Of a stretch of DNA of 64,000 bases, positions 35,301-48,730 are shown in pieces; the stretch's first letter is position 1, and each line of letters starts with the position of its first letter. The stretch spans positions 684,001 through 748,000 of the forward strand of contig MU057809.1 in the NCBI GenBank assembly GCA_013265495.1, written 5' to 3'. The position numbers were made by a program, and so were the translations under genes. This DNA comes from Vicugna vicugna (taxonomy: Eukaryota). Under the pieces are notes generated by a model. It ran no database searches. It worked only from the letters and a program-made list of their open reading frames with translations, and was not told the DNA's origin.

Positions 35301-38300
35301 GCTGGAGGGGCACCTGTGCCCACTGCTGGATTGGTCCAGGTCTGGTAATTTGAGCAGGGCAGGCCAGCCTCGGCTACTGGGACACTTGCTCCCTGCCTCC
35401 CGCCCCTCCTTTCCCGGCCAGGTACCCTACGTCACTGGGTGGCCCCGGGGGGTGAGCAAGAAGTGGGGTATGTGGGGTGGTGGCTGTGGACACTCGGCCC
35501 CCTCTCTGGCCTCCCTGCCAGAGAGAAGCCAGTTGAGACCTGGCTTTGCCAGCCTCACCCGGGGAGGGAAGGGGTTGGAGAGACCACCTGGGACCCAGCC
35601 TCCTGGCCATCTGAGCTGGAGAACCAGAAGGTTGTTCAACAGACGTATCAGGGGTCTGCTCTGTGCTCTGCCTGGGATCCGGAGGTGAGACGGTGGTGAG
35701 GCCTGGCAGGGTGAGCTTGTGTTTGGGTGGGGAGGCAGACGGTACACAGGGACACACGGGGTACACACACAGTCCTTTCCAGTGGAGGTCAGTCTGTCCA
35801 GCCCCATCTTTCAGGAGGGTCCCGGTCACTCAAAGTCACACGGCAGGAGAGGCGTGAAGCCAAGGCTGGAATCCTTCTGGGGGCCAGGCCCAGGCTGGCC
35901 TCGGGCTTGGAGACGAGCTAGAACAGATGAGGGCTGCGGAGGCCGTTAGGAGGGTCAGCGGTGGGCCTTTCCAGGCCCTGGGGGCTGAGGAAGAGCCTTA
36001 GGGAAACTGAGTCCTGGGGGCTGGCCCGGTGTCTGGGGAGGGGAGGGGTTGGAGAGCACTGGGCCATGCCTGCATCCCCGCCTCTCAGTGACAGCGCTGC
36101 CCCCGACCCCTGACCACCACCGCCACCCATGCAGCCAGGACTCAGGCTGTTCCTGCCAGAAGACCCCCAGTCTCTGACGCCCTGCTGGGACACCTCCCTC
36201 CCTGTCCTGACAAGAGTTTATGACCAGACTTGCCCTCAGGGCTCCCTGCCCTGTGGGTGGGCCCCAGCTCCTTTGGGGGACTGCTCTGCCCCAAGCCTGG
36301 GGGTTCCTGGGGGAGGGGCCAGGCAGGCCCTTGACATTTAAATGATCTGAGAGGACAGGGCGGCCCCCAGGCCGGGAGCAGCAGGAGCCAAGAAGTGGAC
36401 CTACCAGGGAGTGGGGATGAGGAGGGGGCGTAAGCTGGGGACCTCTGGCAGCCCACCCAGCAGCTGTCAGTATGGGGGGGTTGAACTTGGTGGAGCCTCC
36501 TGTTCAGCTCCTCCAACAAACGGGGAAACCGAGGCCCAGACAGGGCAGTGGCAGTGGCAGTGACAGCATCATCTGGCCCAGCGCTGCTCCCACGTGCCGT
36601 CCCCTGCGCCCCCCTCCCCACCTGGGAGAGAGCAAGGGCCTTGTGGGCACCCTCTCCTGGCAGCTGGGGCCCTGGCGGCCCTGCCCACGGCTCTCTAGCC
36701 TCTTGAGGGTGGGCGCACAGAGGACTGCCCCCACCCCCCCGCTCTGCGGGCCCCGCTCCATCCCTGCCGTCTCCCGCTCCACTTGGGCCCAGCCCCTCCT
36801 TTAATCACCCCACCCCAGGAGCACACTTCCCCGCTGGCCACCCCCTCCGGTGGCTGCTGCCTTAAGAGGGCTGGCTGGGTTCTAAGCATGTGCGGAGCCC
36901 AGGCTGTGTTGAGAGCTGTCCCCCAGCACTGGAGATGTGGACGGCGTGACGGGAGGCCCAGGGTCTACACCCCCACCTCGGGGAGCAGTGGGGCCCTCCC
37001 TTGGCGTGGGGATCCCAGGAGGAGATTGGCAGCCCGAGGCTCCCTGGCCTTTACCCATGGGTCCTGGTTTTGTTTTCCGCAGAACCAAACTCAGGAGCCT
37101 CTCACTCCCCAACTCCTAACAGCTGAATGAATGCCGAGAGCCTCCGGCACGTGGGGTGGACGTGTCTTGGGCCAGCCATTGGGGGCCAAGAGCCCTGTCT
37201 AGAAGGGGCCTTTCTGGACCGTCCCTCCCCCAGTGGGCGCTGTGGAGAGGAGGTTGGCAGAGCACACAGGGAGGAGCATGCGCTGGTCCTGTGCTGTGTA
37301 GACAGAGCCCCGGGGACTTGCTGGGAGGGGCCAGGGGCCTGCGCCCTGGGAGTGCCGGCAGTGTGGACCCCAGCTCTGCTCCTCCACCCCTCTCCCCACG
37401 GGTTCCCATGCTGCCCTGGAAGCCTGAGGGCCAGGGACCCTTGGAATGGGTTTCCTGAGATTGTATCTGGGCCTCTGCCATCCCCACTGAGGGTTTCCCT
37501 ACCTCTGATAGCCCTGCAGAACTTTCTGGAAGGGCCCAGCTGCAGGTCAGAGGTAGCCCGGTCTGCTGTGCCCCTAGCTGGCCATGTGAACTGGGGGTGG
37601 GCCACCTTTCCACCTGTGCCTCAGTGCTCTCATCTGTCAAATGGGTCTAAAGCACAGGCCCTCCCCGGTGTCAGGGGCCGGGGTGCATGGTCCTAGGTCA
37701 GGGGCCCAGCTTGTGTGTGGATCCCTTCCCCTCGCTGAGCTTCTTTCCCCTCTGCAAGGGAGGGGCTGGGGTAGGCAGCCAGCCGTGAGGAGTCTGAGCT
37801 GTTGACACAAGGTCTGTAATAGGCAGAGCTGCACTGATGCTGGCAGAATCCCCGGGCCTTTTGGCTTTGTCCTGTGGGGCCCTCGCTCAGCCCCGTGGCC
37901 CTGCTGCTTCCTCTGTCCCTTCGCACCCCACTGTGCAAAGAGGCTGGGAAGGAGCTGGGGAAAGGGTAGCAGGTGCAAAGGCCCCGAGGTAGCGACACGC
38001 TTGGTGTGTGAGAGGAGGGCAGGGCTGGCAGAGACGGAGCCCATGGAGCTCCGTGAGGGGTCGGGTTCTCAGGAAGAGTTGGAGCTTTCTCTTTGCCTTG
38101 GGAAGCTTTTGGGAAGTTTAAGCAGGTGGGGGACCCAGTTGGCTTACATGTTAGAGAGGTCCCCCTGGCTGGAGGGGAGAAAAGAGTGTCAGGGGCCCAC
38201 GTGGGAATGAGCCTCCAGCTCAGAGGCTCTGGTGTCGCCTGGGAGCCACGGGGCAGCCCCTGTAGGCTGGTGAAGCTGGCGAGGGGGAGACGGAGGGGCA

Positions 38301-38629
38301 CGGAGCATCTGTTTTAACATTGTTTTAAAAACTGGAGCTGTGTTCTTATAGAAAAAAATATTCTGTAAAGCAAAACCCATTTTCCCATTTTATATCCGTT
38401 ACGAAACAGGGGACGCTTTTGTGTAGAGAATAAGATTGTGTAAAGCAAATCCTGCTCCCCTGCCGTCCCTCAGCATTTCGGAGACGTCTTTCCAAGGGAG
38501 GGCATCCCTCAAAAGCAGACCGCTGGGGAACCAGGGGGGATTTGGCGCCGGCCCTGGCGCCAGAGGCAGCGGGGCGGCCGCCGCCTCTTAGAGACACACT
38601 TCTCGGATCCTAGTGTGCGCGTGTGCTCA

Positions 38630-38632
<3 letters not shown>

Positions 38633-38662
<30 letters not shown>
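38633..38662. repeat. (GT)15 microsatellite
   Basis: Read directly; followed by acgcgcgcg. Confidence 0.95.
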
Positions 38663-38665
<3 letters not shown>

Positions 38666-40494
38666 CGCGCGCCTGCCTGCTCAGGGCACGGCCCCTCCAC
38701 CTCTCGGGGCCGGAGCAGGCCGGATGGAGTCTGACAGGGTGTGTTCAGGTCTCAGGCTCCTGTCTGCGGGTCTAAGTTCTGTAAGACGAATTTGTTGTTG
38801 GCTTTTTATTTTATTTCTTTTCGCAAATCGAGTAGAGTGGACTGAGGTTATAAAACGAGGGGGCACGTAGAGCCCCCAAGGGCTCCCGGGGGCCCCCACC
38901 ATGGGCTTGGAGCTGGCCAGGCCCGGCGTCCTCGGGGAGAGACCCGGCAGGGACGAGACTCCGGCCTCTGAGACGCTTGCTGCCTGACAGACAGCGGGCT
39001 TATTTTGGTCTCCTCATTATGGTGTCCCCGCAGAGCGAGGACATGCTGGATCTGATTTGCCAGAGACAGCTTTTTAGAAAAACAACTCCCCGGGAATCCA
39101 GTGTTGCCACCCGGCTCTATCCACACAAGTCAGGGCTGAGACGGGCAACACCCCAGCTGGGGCAGCTGCACCCGAACCCTGAGGCCGTGTGGCTGTCACA
39201 CCCACCCCGTGTGACACATGGCCACTCTGGGGCACACAGGTGCAGCCTCTTGACACACACGTGTGCCGGCAGAGCGCACATCACGCCAGTGCAGGCGCGG
39301 CACGAGCTCATCTTCCACGTGCGCATACCGACATGCCCGCAGGGCCAGGGGTGGCCAGCCCCTCTACAGTGTCCCGTGTCCTGCATCTGCGTCCAGTGGC
39401 ACGTCCACTCGTGCGCCCCGTGCTCACGCTCCTGCAGGCACGTGTGTCTGGCCTGTCCCCTGCGGCCATGAAGCTGTTGCTCTCTGGGGTCTGGGTTGAG
39501 GGGAGGGCTCCTGGGGGCAGTGTGTTTTGATGGGACGCCCCTCCCCAAGTCCCCCCACAGCTTCCCTCCCAGTTGGGCTGGGGTATTCCCTCCATCGTGG
39601 GCTCACCTTTGCTCTGCCAGGCGCTGCACAGAGCCTGGAGCCAAGGTCCAGGGGTGAGGCTGTGCCCTTGTGGGGTCCTTTGGAAGCTGGGCCCTGGGAG
39701 AGCAGATAAGGTGGAGGGTACTGGCCATGGGGGAGGAGGATGGCCGGGATCTGATCCCTTTCCAGGCGGTGCAGGGGTGCCTTGTGCGTCTAGACGGTGG
39801 AACTGCAGCTGCCCAGGCTGGGGACTGGGGCCAGAAGGCAGGGGCTGCATCATGGGGGGCCTGATCGTGGGGATGGAGGGGCCCTCAGCATCCTCCGGTG
39901 TTGGCCTCTGCAGAAGGTGATGGGCTGTGGGGAAGCCTGGATCCCCAGTGGCACCTGCGCTCCCCCTTCCCCCCCCCCAGGGTGGCCCAGCCAGGAGGTC
40001 ATCAGATCCGAATTAAGGTCCTTTTAGGGCAGAACTTCTTCTATCTCCCACCTTGCTCTTGTGGAAAACATGTCTGGAAATTCTAAATTCAAGGAGAACA
40101 GCCCCTTCCTTGGGGGAGGAGATGGGAGGGTGCGTGGCAGGAAGTATGAAGCTGGGAGTGCTTCACAGTCAGAGCTTTCGGGCTGCTCTGGCTGCCACCT
40201 TACAGAGGGAATCCAAGGCTTGGAGGGGCAGGGGCCTGACCCCTGGGTGCCTGGCTCAGCTCTCCGACCCTCAGCCCTGCAGGGAAGGTGCCCCAGCCTC
40301 CTGGAGCACGGCCCCTCTGCCACATGGAACCCTGGGCTCCTTTCCTGCCCACCTGCCACAACCCTGGCCTCGGGAGGACTCCCAGGAGCGCAGAGCTTGG
40401 CGCCTGCGTGGGCTCCATGATCCACGCTCTGCCTGGTCCTGTGCCCCGTGTGGCAGCCCCACCTCTACTGGGCATCTCACAAAGCCAGGGAGGG

Positions 40495-40595
40495 AGGTCC
40501 CTGTGCCCATTTCATAGGCGGGAGACTGAGGCGCAGAGGTGAAGAGATTTGGCCCAGGCTCACAGCCCACAAGTGCTGGCACCCAGATCTGCTTT
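40495..40595 (-). mobile_element. MIR fragment
   Basis: cccatttcataggcgggagactgaggcgcagaggtgaagagatttggcccaggctcacagc. Confidence 0.7.
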
Positions 40596-40599
40596 CTCT

Positions 40600-43500
40600 T
40601 GGCAATTTCCAAAAAAAAAAAGAAAAAGAAAAAAAAAAGCTTGCTGAGATTTTGATGGGTTTCTGTTGAATTTACAGCTCAATTTGGAAATATCAATCCA
40701 TGAACATGGAATGTCTCTCCCTTAAGTTAGATTATCTTTATCTTCTCTAAGCATTTTTGTTGTCGTCTTCAGTGTGCAGGTCTTGCGAATTAAATTTCCT
40801 TTGCTAAATTTATCCCTAAGTAGTTTTTGATGCTATTGTGAATGGAATTATTTTCTTAATTTCATTTTCAGATTGTTTGTTGCTGATGCAGAGGAATAAA
40901 ACTGAGTTTTGTTCATTGATCTTTCATCCCAAGACCTTACTGAATTTAATTGTTAGCTAGTTCCAGTAGGCTTTGTGGATTCTTTAGGACTTTCTACATA
41001 CAGGATCATGTCATCTGAAAATAAGGGGAGCTTTATGTGTCTTCCTTTTCAAACTGGACTCCTTGTTCTTATCTCTCTTGTCTTACTGCTCTGACTGGAA
41101 ACTTCAGAATAATGCCAAATTGCAGAGACGCTTCCTTCCTGACCTTAGAGGAAAAGCATTCAGTCTTTCACGGTTAAACACGACGTTAACTGTGACTTTC
41201 ACAGACGGCCTTTATCAGGTTGAGAAGTTCCCTGTGTTCCCGGTTTATTGAGCATTTTTATCGTGAATGATACTGGATTTGGTTAGATACTTTCCTTGCA
41301 TCTACTAAAGTGATCATGTGGCTTTTGTCCTTTTATTAATGTGACTTTAATTGATTTTCAGATATTAAACCAGCCTTGCATTGCCGGCATGAATGCCATT
41401 TGTACAATCCTTTTTGTTTGCTGCTGGATTTGGTTTGCTAATGTTCTGTGAAAGATTATTTTGCACCTGTGATTGTGAGATGTATGGGTCTTTTGTTTTC
41501 TTGTGATGCCTTTGGTGGGAGGGGGGAGTTTTTCTCCTCTCTTTTTTAGAAAGAGTTTGTGAAAGTTCAATATGATTTTTTTAAAAAAAATTTGATAGAA
41601 TTTACCACTAAAGCCTCCTGGACTAGGGCTTTTTTTTAAATGGGAATATAAAAATATCGTTCATTTTAAAGAAATGGTTATGTTTATTCAGATATTCTAT
41701 TTTTTTCTTGAATCAGTTTTGTTAATTTATGTCTTTCTAGAAATTTATCTGCTTCATCTAAGTTGTATAATTTGTTGGCATAAAGTTGTTCATATATTAC
41801 CTGATACTCCCTTAGATTTCTGTAGAATTGCAGTCATGTTTCCTCTTTAATAATAACTAATTTTGTGTAATTCGTGTCTTCTCTCTCTTCCCTTGGTCAA
41901 TCTAGCTACAAGCTTGTCAATTTCATCAATCTTTTCAAATAGCTGAATTTTGTTTTCATTGATTTTCTCTATTTTTTCCGTCAATCTTAGTTCTAATTTT
42001 TATTATTTCCTTTATTCTACTTGCTTTGGCTTTTTCTTTTTCTAGTTTCTTAAGGTAGAACTTAGGTTGTTGAGATTTTTCTTCTTTTCCGATGCACGTC
42101 GAAAGCTGTAAATTCTAGTCTAAGCCCTGCTTTAACTGCATCTCATAGATTTTCATATGGTCTGTTTTATTTTCGTTTAATTAAAGCATTTTCTAATTTC
42201 CTTTATGATTCCTTTGACTCATGGGCTATTTAAAACTCTGTTGTTTACTTTCCAAATATTTGGAGATCTCTCAGATTCTTTTTTGTTGATTTCTAATTCA
42301 ATTCCATTGTGGTTGAAGAAGGTACTTCCTACTGTTTCATTCATTTTAAGTTTATGGAGGTTTGTGTTGTAGCCTAGAATATTGCCTGTCTGAAGAGTGT
42401 ACCTTGTGGGTTTGAAAAGAAGGTGTGTTCTGCTGGGCAGGGTGTTCTACAAATGGCAGGTCCGGGTAAGTCGTCTGTGTCTCTGCTGACTTTTTGTCTA
42501 GTTTTTCTCTCAGTTATTGAAAACGGAGCATTGAAATTTCCAACTATCATTGTTGAATTGCCTGCTGCTTCTTTCAGCTCTGTTTTTGCCGGCTGTCATT
42601 TGGGGCTTCTTTGCTGCAGGCGTATTCATTTATAACTGTCGTCTCCTTCTGAGGTATCGGCTTGTTCATAGTCACGAAATGCCCCACTTTGCCTTCGGTC
42701 AGTTTCTTAAAGTCTCTTTTGTCCAATGTTAATTTCCTGGCTGTGATGTGATTACTGTTTGCATTTATTTTTCCATCCTTTTACTTTCAACATAGTTGTG
42801 CACCTGAAACTAAAGTGTGTCACTTTCGGACAACATGGACTTGGACCTTGTCTTTTTATTCCAGTCCGACAGCCTCTGCCTTTTGATTGGGGCCAGTTAG
42901 TCCATTCATGTGTAATGTAATTTTTGACTTGATTTGCTTGCCGTTTTCTGAGTTGTTTTCTACATGTCTCATCTCTCCCCCCTCTGTTTGTCCTTTGCTG
43001 TTAGGTAAATACTCTCAGGGTACTGTTTTAATTCCTCTATTAGTTTTTTAAACTTTCTTTCTTTGCGTTGCTTTCTTAGTGCTTGCTCTGAGGGTTACAA
43101 TATGCACCTTGATGTAATACAAATGATTTCAGATTAACGCTAACTTAATGAGGGTAAAATAGGGAAATTCTACTCCAGTATAGCTTCATTTTCTCCTCCC
43201 TCCTTTGTGCTATTGTTACATACAGCCCATCAATATGTGCTAAATGGTTATAGCAACAATCCAATGTTATAACTATTGCTTTATGTAATGTTCTGTTTTT
43301 AAAAGAAGTTAGGGGAAGGGAAGAGAAAAGAATACGTTGATGGAGTCTTTTGTGTCCGGGTGCACATTTACCATTTCTGGTGCTCTCTGTTCTTTCCGTG
43401 GCTTTGAATTACCACCAGACGCGATTTCCTTTCAGTCTGAAGGACTTCCTTCAGTGTTTCTTCTAAAGCACGTCTGCTAGATTCTTTCGGTCTTTGTTTG

Positions 43501-45290
43501 TCAGTGAATGTCTTTAGTTTGCCTTCATTCCTGAAGGACAGTTTCACGGGATGTGGAACTCTGGACGGCTCTTCTTTTAGCACGTTGAACACGCCCTTCC
43601 ACTGCCTTCTCGCCTCTGGGGTTCTGGATGAGAAGCCAGCCATGGGTTGCATTTTCTTTATCTGGCATGTGAGGACTCACTTTTCCCTTCCTGCTTTCTT
43701 TTGTCTCTTAGCAGTTTGGTTGCGACGTGTCCAGGTGTGAACTTCCTGGTTTTCGTCCTGCTTGCAGTTTGTTGACTGTGAATCTGTTAGATTAATGTTT
43801 CTCCATCAACTAAGGGGGGTTTTAGCCATGATGCCTTGAAGTATTTTCTTCCCTCTTTCTCTTCTCCTGGGACTTCAGTCGCTACCTGCTGTTGCCCGTG
43901 AAGGCTTGACCTGTCTTCAGGTTCACTGATTCTTTCCTCTGCCACCTCAAACCGGCTGTTGAGCCTTTCGTGAATTTTTCACTTCGGTTGCCACTCTTTT
44001 GAATTCCAAAACTTTGTTCAATAAGTCCTCTCTCTTTATTGAGGTTCTCTGTTTTTGAGTCATTGTCACCATACTTTGCTTTGATCTCTAAACATGATTG
44101 TCTTTTGCTTTAAAAAAACCAGATTTACGATGGCTGCTTTGAAGTCTTCGTCTGCTGTGTGCAACATCTTGTGACATTCAGTGACAGTTTTTATTGGCTG
44201 CTTTTTATTTAGAATATGAGTTACCTTTTCCCGCTCACTTGCATGTCTCATAAATTTGTGTTGAAGACGGGCTTTCGGATAACTTGCTGGAGCACCTCTG
44301 GGTTCCGGTTGTTTTCCTCCATGGAAGTTGTTATCATTGCTGGTTTTTTGTTTATCAAGTAACTTGCTTGGATTAAAACTTCGAAATCCATTGTCCCTCG
44401 ATGTGTGACGATTGAGGTCTCTGCTTAGTTTGTCTTAAAAAAAAAAATCCCAGCTTTTATGTTAAATTCTGGCTTCCTAAGGATCATCTCTGTCTGCGCA
44501 GCTTTGCGGTCAGTCTGTGATTGGTTAGAGGTTGCATTCAAACACACTGAGCCAGTCAGGCTGACACTCTCTGCTGTGGGATCTGCGTGTGGGATCTGCG
44601 TGTGGGTTCAGGAGCACGTTCAAAGACCAGGCAGTTTTCGAGTCTGCCCTGGCTTTACTCTCTGCCAGACTCTTCATCTCCTCTGCACGTGTCCTCAGGC
44701 TCTCGGAAGGCCGGGGATGTGTGAATTCCCTGGGCTCTCTGCTCTCCGCTGTGCGTGCTACCCACCAGCCAGGGATATGTGGAGAGCTCATCGGGCACCA
44801 CCTCCATGACTGTCACATTTTGTGTCTTTCCTTGTCACATTTCCAGCTAGTCCCCTGGTCTCCTGCTGCCCCAGCCAGAATCACAGTCTCAGCCTGGTAG
44901 ACTCGCTGGCTTTCTCCATTCACTGACCACTGAGATTGCTGCTTATTATTGACCTCACTGCTGCTGAGGGTGAGTTTAGTGCCTTCTGCTCTAAATCGAA
45001 TCAGCCTCTGGCAGTGAAGCTTCTGGTTTTCACTGCCTGGCCTGCACTGTCCTGTTAGAATGACGCGCCAGCTGAGTGGCCAGTGGGGAGGTAGACGTGG
45101 TTCCCGTAAGAACATCACGGATTTTTCCCTGTCTTATTCAAAGTTTAGTAGTTCTTCATGGATGAACGCCTTTGGCCAATTTCTAGCATGTTGAATTGGT
45201 TATTTTTGATCATTTTGACTATTTTTATAGTTGTTTTGGAGAAAGGGTTTGGCGGCCCTCTTCTCACAGCATGCTGGAAGTCCTATCTCA
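40600..45290 (-). mobile_element. Large decayed L1 (5' region, ORF1 and ORF2 up to RT), non-functional
   Basis: ORF 43368-43652 AGFSSRTPEARRQWKGVFNVLKE..KLSFRNEGKLKTFTDKQ..ALEETLKEVLQ resembles the ORF1p C-terminal domain; 41358-41570 contains FMPAMQGWFNI (ORF2 RT region); T-rich + strand; many stops. Confidence 0.9.
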
Positions 45291-45299
45291 TTCTTTTTG

Positions 45300-46350
45300 G
45301 AAAGTCTTCTAAAAACAAGACTGTGAAGAACACGGGCAGCTCCAGGAGTTACCCCAAAGTGAGATTTGTCTGGGAACCACCAAGTTCAAGAAGTAAGACA
45401 TCACCTGCATCCCAGAACGTCCTCACGTGCCCGCACGACTGCTTCCCCCCTCTTCTCCCCACAAGGGAACATTTCTTTTGATTTTTAATCTCATAGGTTA
45501 GGTTTTTCTCTTTTACGCTTCATATGACTAGAACCACACAATATGTGTTCTTTGGAGGCCAGCCTTCTTGGCTGGACCCCCTTTTTTGTGAGATGCGTCT
45601 AGGTGCCAGTGTTGCCCGTGCAGTCTGTGTTCATTATATCGTGTCGCTTTACCTTCTCTGCCCTTGCTGGCCATGTAGGGTGCTTCTGGTCTTGCGCAAC
45701 TGGGGAGAGTGCCGTGGTGAGCGAGCTCGTGCTTGCCTTTTGGTGGACGTGTAGCTCTTTCTGGTCGGGCAGCTCCTGAGCAGTGGGGGTGTGGGCAGCA
45801 CCTCTGTTCAGTTTTAGTCGATAGTGCCAGTTTTCAAAAGTGCTTGTGCCAGTTCACACTCTCATGAGCCCCCCCCCCCGTCAGCACCAGCTGGCTGCTG
45901 GTGGTTCCACGTCCTTGCCAGCACTTGATGTTATCGGTCCTTTTAATTTTAGCCCTGCTGGGGAGTGCTTTTTCATAGATTTATTGACCATTTGTATATT
46001 CTCTTTGGTGAAATATCTGTTCAGAACTTTTACCCCTTTTTTTCTATTGAGATGGCTGTCTTTATCCGATACCTTCGTGTGAGTTCTTTATGTGTCTGTC
46101 AGGTCTCCCAGACTTGATTATAGAAGCTGAAGACACCTTCTCCCATGCCATGGCTTGATCTTTCCCTCTTCCAGTTGTGCCTTTTAGTGACAAGTTCTGC
46201 AGCCTGATGTCGTCCAAGTTGCCCTGCTCGGTGCTTTTTGTTAGCTAATAACAGAATCTCTTCTGTCCTTGAGTTTTTGCAGATGCTCTTCCATGTCATC
46301 TTCTAGATGCTTTGTTGTTTCACATTTGACATTCAGGCCTTCAGTCCACC
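45300..46350 (-). mobile_element. Old L1ME-like 3' fragment
   Basis: gatttattgaccatttgtatattctctttggtgaaatatctgttcag and similar antisense L1 motifs. Confidence 0.6.
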
Positions 46351-46360
46351 TGGAATTATT

Positions 46361-46914
46361 ATTTTTTTACTTTTTAAATTTTTTATTGCAGTGTAATTGA
46401 TTTACACTGTTAGTTTCAGGTGCACAGCAATGTGATTCAGTTACACATATAATACATATATAGTTTTTCTTTTTAGATTCTTTTCCATTATTTATTATTA
46501 CAAGAAATTGAATATAGTTCCCTGTGCTACACAGTAGGTCCTTGTTGTTTGTGTGTTTTATATGTAGCAATGTGCATCTGTTAATCCCAAACTCCTGGTT
46601 TACTTCTCTCCCACCATTTCCCCTTTGGTAACCATAGTTTGTTTTCTATGTCCATGAGTCTGTTTCTGGTTTGTAAATAAAATTTGTATCTTTTCTTTTT
46701 AGATTCCACCTATAAGTGATAGCGTATAGTATTTCTCTTTCTCTGTCTCACTGACTTCACTTAGTAAGTCCATCCATGTTGCTGGAAATGTCAGTATTTC
46801 ATTCTTTTTTATAGCTGAGTAATATTCCATTGTATGCATATATGTAGATATACAGATATACCACACCTTCCTTACCCAGTCATCTGTTGATGGACATTTA
46901 GGTTGTTTCCATGT
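46361..46914 (-). mobile_element. Younger 5'-truncated L1 3' end (cetartiodactyl-type) nested in older L1
   Basis: T-rich tail then gttagtttcaggtgcacagcaatgtgattcag...gaatatagttccctgtgctacacagtaggtcc; flanked by ctggaattatt (46350-46360) and ctgggattatt (46915-46925). Confidence 0.85.
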
Positions 46915-47049
46915 CTGGGATTATTTTTCCCCTATGGTGTGAGGTTGGGATTCAGTTTCGGCTCTTCCCATATGTATTAATCCTGTTGATCCTACACATT
47001 TTATTAAACATACCATCCATTTTTAATGGCATTATTTAATCTATTTTAA

Positions 47050-47610
47050 GTTAAAATTTTTATTTTAAGATCAATTGCAGAATTCCATGTAGTTGTGAGA
47101 AATAATACATAGAGATCCTATGTCTCCTTTATCCAGTTCTCCCCAGTGTTACCATCTTGTGAAACTGGTGCGGTGTGATGACTGGGATATTGACAGTGAT
47201 ACAGTCCAGTACAGAGCATCCCCATCAACACAAAGGCCCTTCAGGTCCCTTTTTTTTAATAGCCACACTCAGCTCCCTCCTCCCAACCCCATCTCAGACC
47301 CCTAATAAACACTAATCTGTTCTCCATTTCTATAATTTTGTCTTTTCAAGTATATTACATAAATGGAATCCTACAGTAATGTAACTTTTGGGGACTGGAT
47401 TTGTTTTCACTCAGCAAGATTCCTTGGAGATTCATCCAAGTTGCTGTGTTTGCCAATCACCCATCCTTTTTTGTGAGTGAGTAGTGACATTGCTTTTTAG
47501 CCTGGTCTCTCTGCGTGGCACACTGTGTGTACTGACCATGCATGTGAATGTGTAAGTAGTTTCAGGGTTGTTCAGGACCTTGACTGCTGTTCCGTTGATA
47601 TAATGTGTCT
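47050..47610 (-). mobile_element. L1MB/MC-like 3' end
   Basis: gttgtgagaaataatacatagagatcc...cactaatctgttctccatttctataattttgtc. Confidence 0.75.
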
Positions 47611-48324
47611 GGGGTCCAAAGGTACAGATGGACGAGCAAGGGAACCAAACAATGAAGAGACACAGGGGGAAGAACACAGATTCCCAGCTCAGACCCGACA
47701 GCCGTGGGCTGCGAAGGACCCATGCATCTGTTTCTGGGTGTTTCATGCAATGTGGGGATTTCAGTTTGTCCTTGGTGCCCTGGGATCTGCGGGGGGTCAT
47801 CTGGGCAGACCTAGTCAGTCCCCCTTTAGCGGGTGGCTGGAACCTGGTGCACCGCAGACCCTTGAGAAGCTGCGGCATTGGTGGCAAGGGCCGAATGTGT
47901 CCTGTCTGTTTATTTTTAATCATTTTGTTATGTCCCTTGACCACACTGTCCACTTACAGCCCTCCGAGTTAGCCAGTTTCCCTGGTGTGGCCCCGTGTGA
48001 AGCCTCTGCAGTCATGTGTCCATTGCAGATGGGGGTGTATCAAGTCCCTGACCAGGTGCGCAGAGCCCTGAAGCAGGGCCCGTGTTGGGGAGCCTCTCTG
48101 GCTCCTTAGCTTTTGGTTGCCTCCAGAAGCCCTCGAGGGGGGATGGGAGCTCTTCCTCGAGCCAGCAGGGGTCAGAGCCCATGCCGAGGGCAGCACGGGT
48201 ACTGCTTGAGCTGTCTGGGTACCTGGCATCCTGGGAAGGGCACTGGGTCAGGGCTAGGGAGCCTGGGCTCCAGTTCTGGTCCAGGACTGCTTGATACACT
48301 TTTCATAAATAGGTAAATGGAAGG

Positions 48325-48520
48325 GCAGATGGGTGCAGTGGTGGATGTGTAGATGGATGAATGATGGATGGATAAAATGGATGGATGAGGGATGGATGGA
48401 TGGATGCTAGAAGGGTAGACGGATGGTAATGAATAGATAAATGGATGGATGAGGGATGGAGGAATGAGGGATGGATGAGGTGATGGTTGAGTGGATGATG
48501 GTGGATGAATGGATGACGGA
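48325..48520. repeat. Degenerate (GGAT)n simple repeat
   Basis: ggatgaatgatggatggataaaatggatggatgagggatggatggatggatg. Confidence 0.85.
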
Positions 48521-48624
48521 CAGATATACCTACAGGGACTGGGAAGAGACCATGTCAGTGTGGACAGAAGCTTGGAAGAAATGGGAGCATTGAAGGCCCC
48601 TGGTTCAAGAGACTAATGCCACCA

Positions 48625-48730
48625 AGTGGCAGATGGAGACGCTGAGGCCCAGAGCGGCTGGGCAGGCTCCTGGTGGCAGGTGGTCACAGAAGTGAGACCT
48701 GAACCTCGCTCTGCCTGAGTCAAATTCAGG
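48625..48730 (-). mobile_element. MIR fragment
   Basis: cagatggagacgctgaggcccagag...ggtcacagaagtgagacctgaacc. Confidence 0.5.

Noticed and set aside
40611..40638. Poly(A) tract as a retrocopy tail
   Set aside because: It sits at an internal A-run of antisense L1 ORF2 (caatttc...aaaa...gctgagattttgat), with no upstream mRNA-like sequence
43368..43652. L1 ORF1-like reading frame as a functional CDS
   Set aside because: Short fragment with deletions inside a heavily decayed L1
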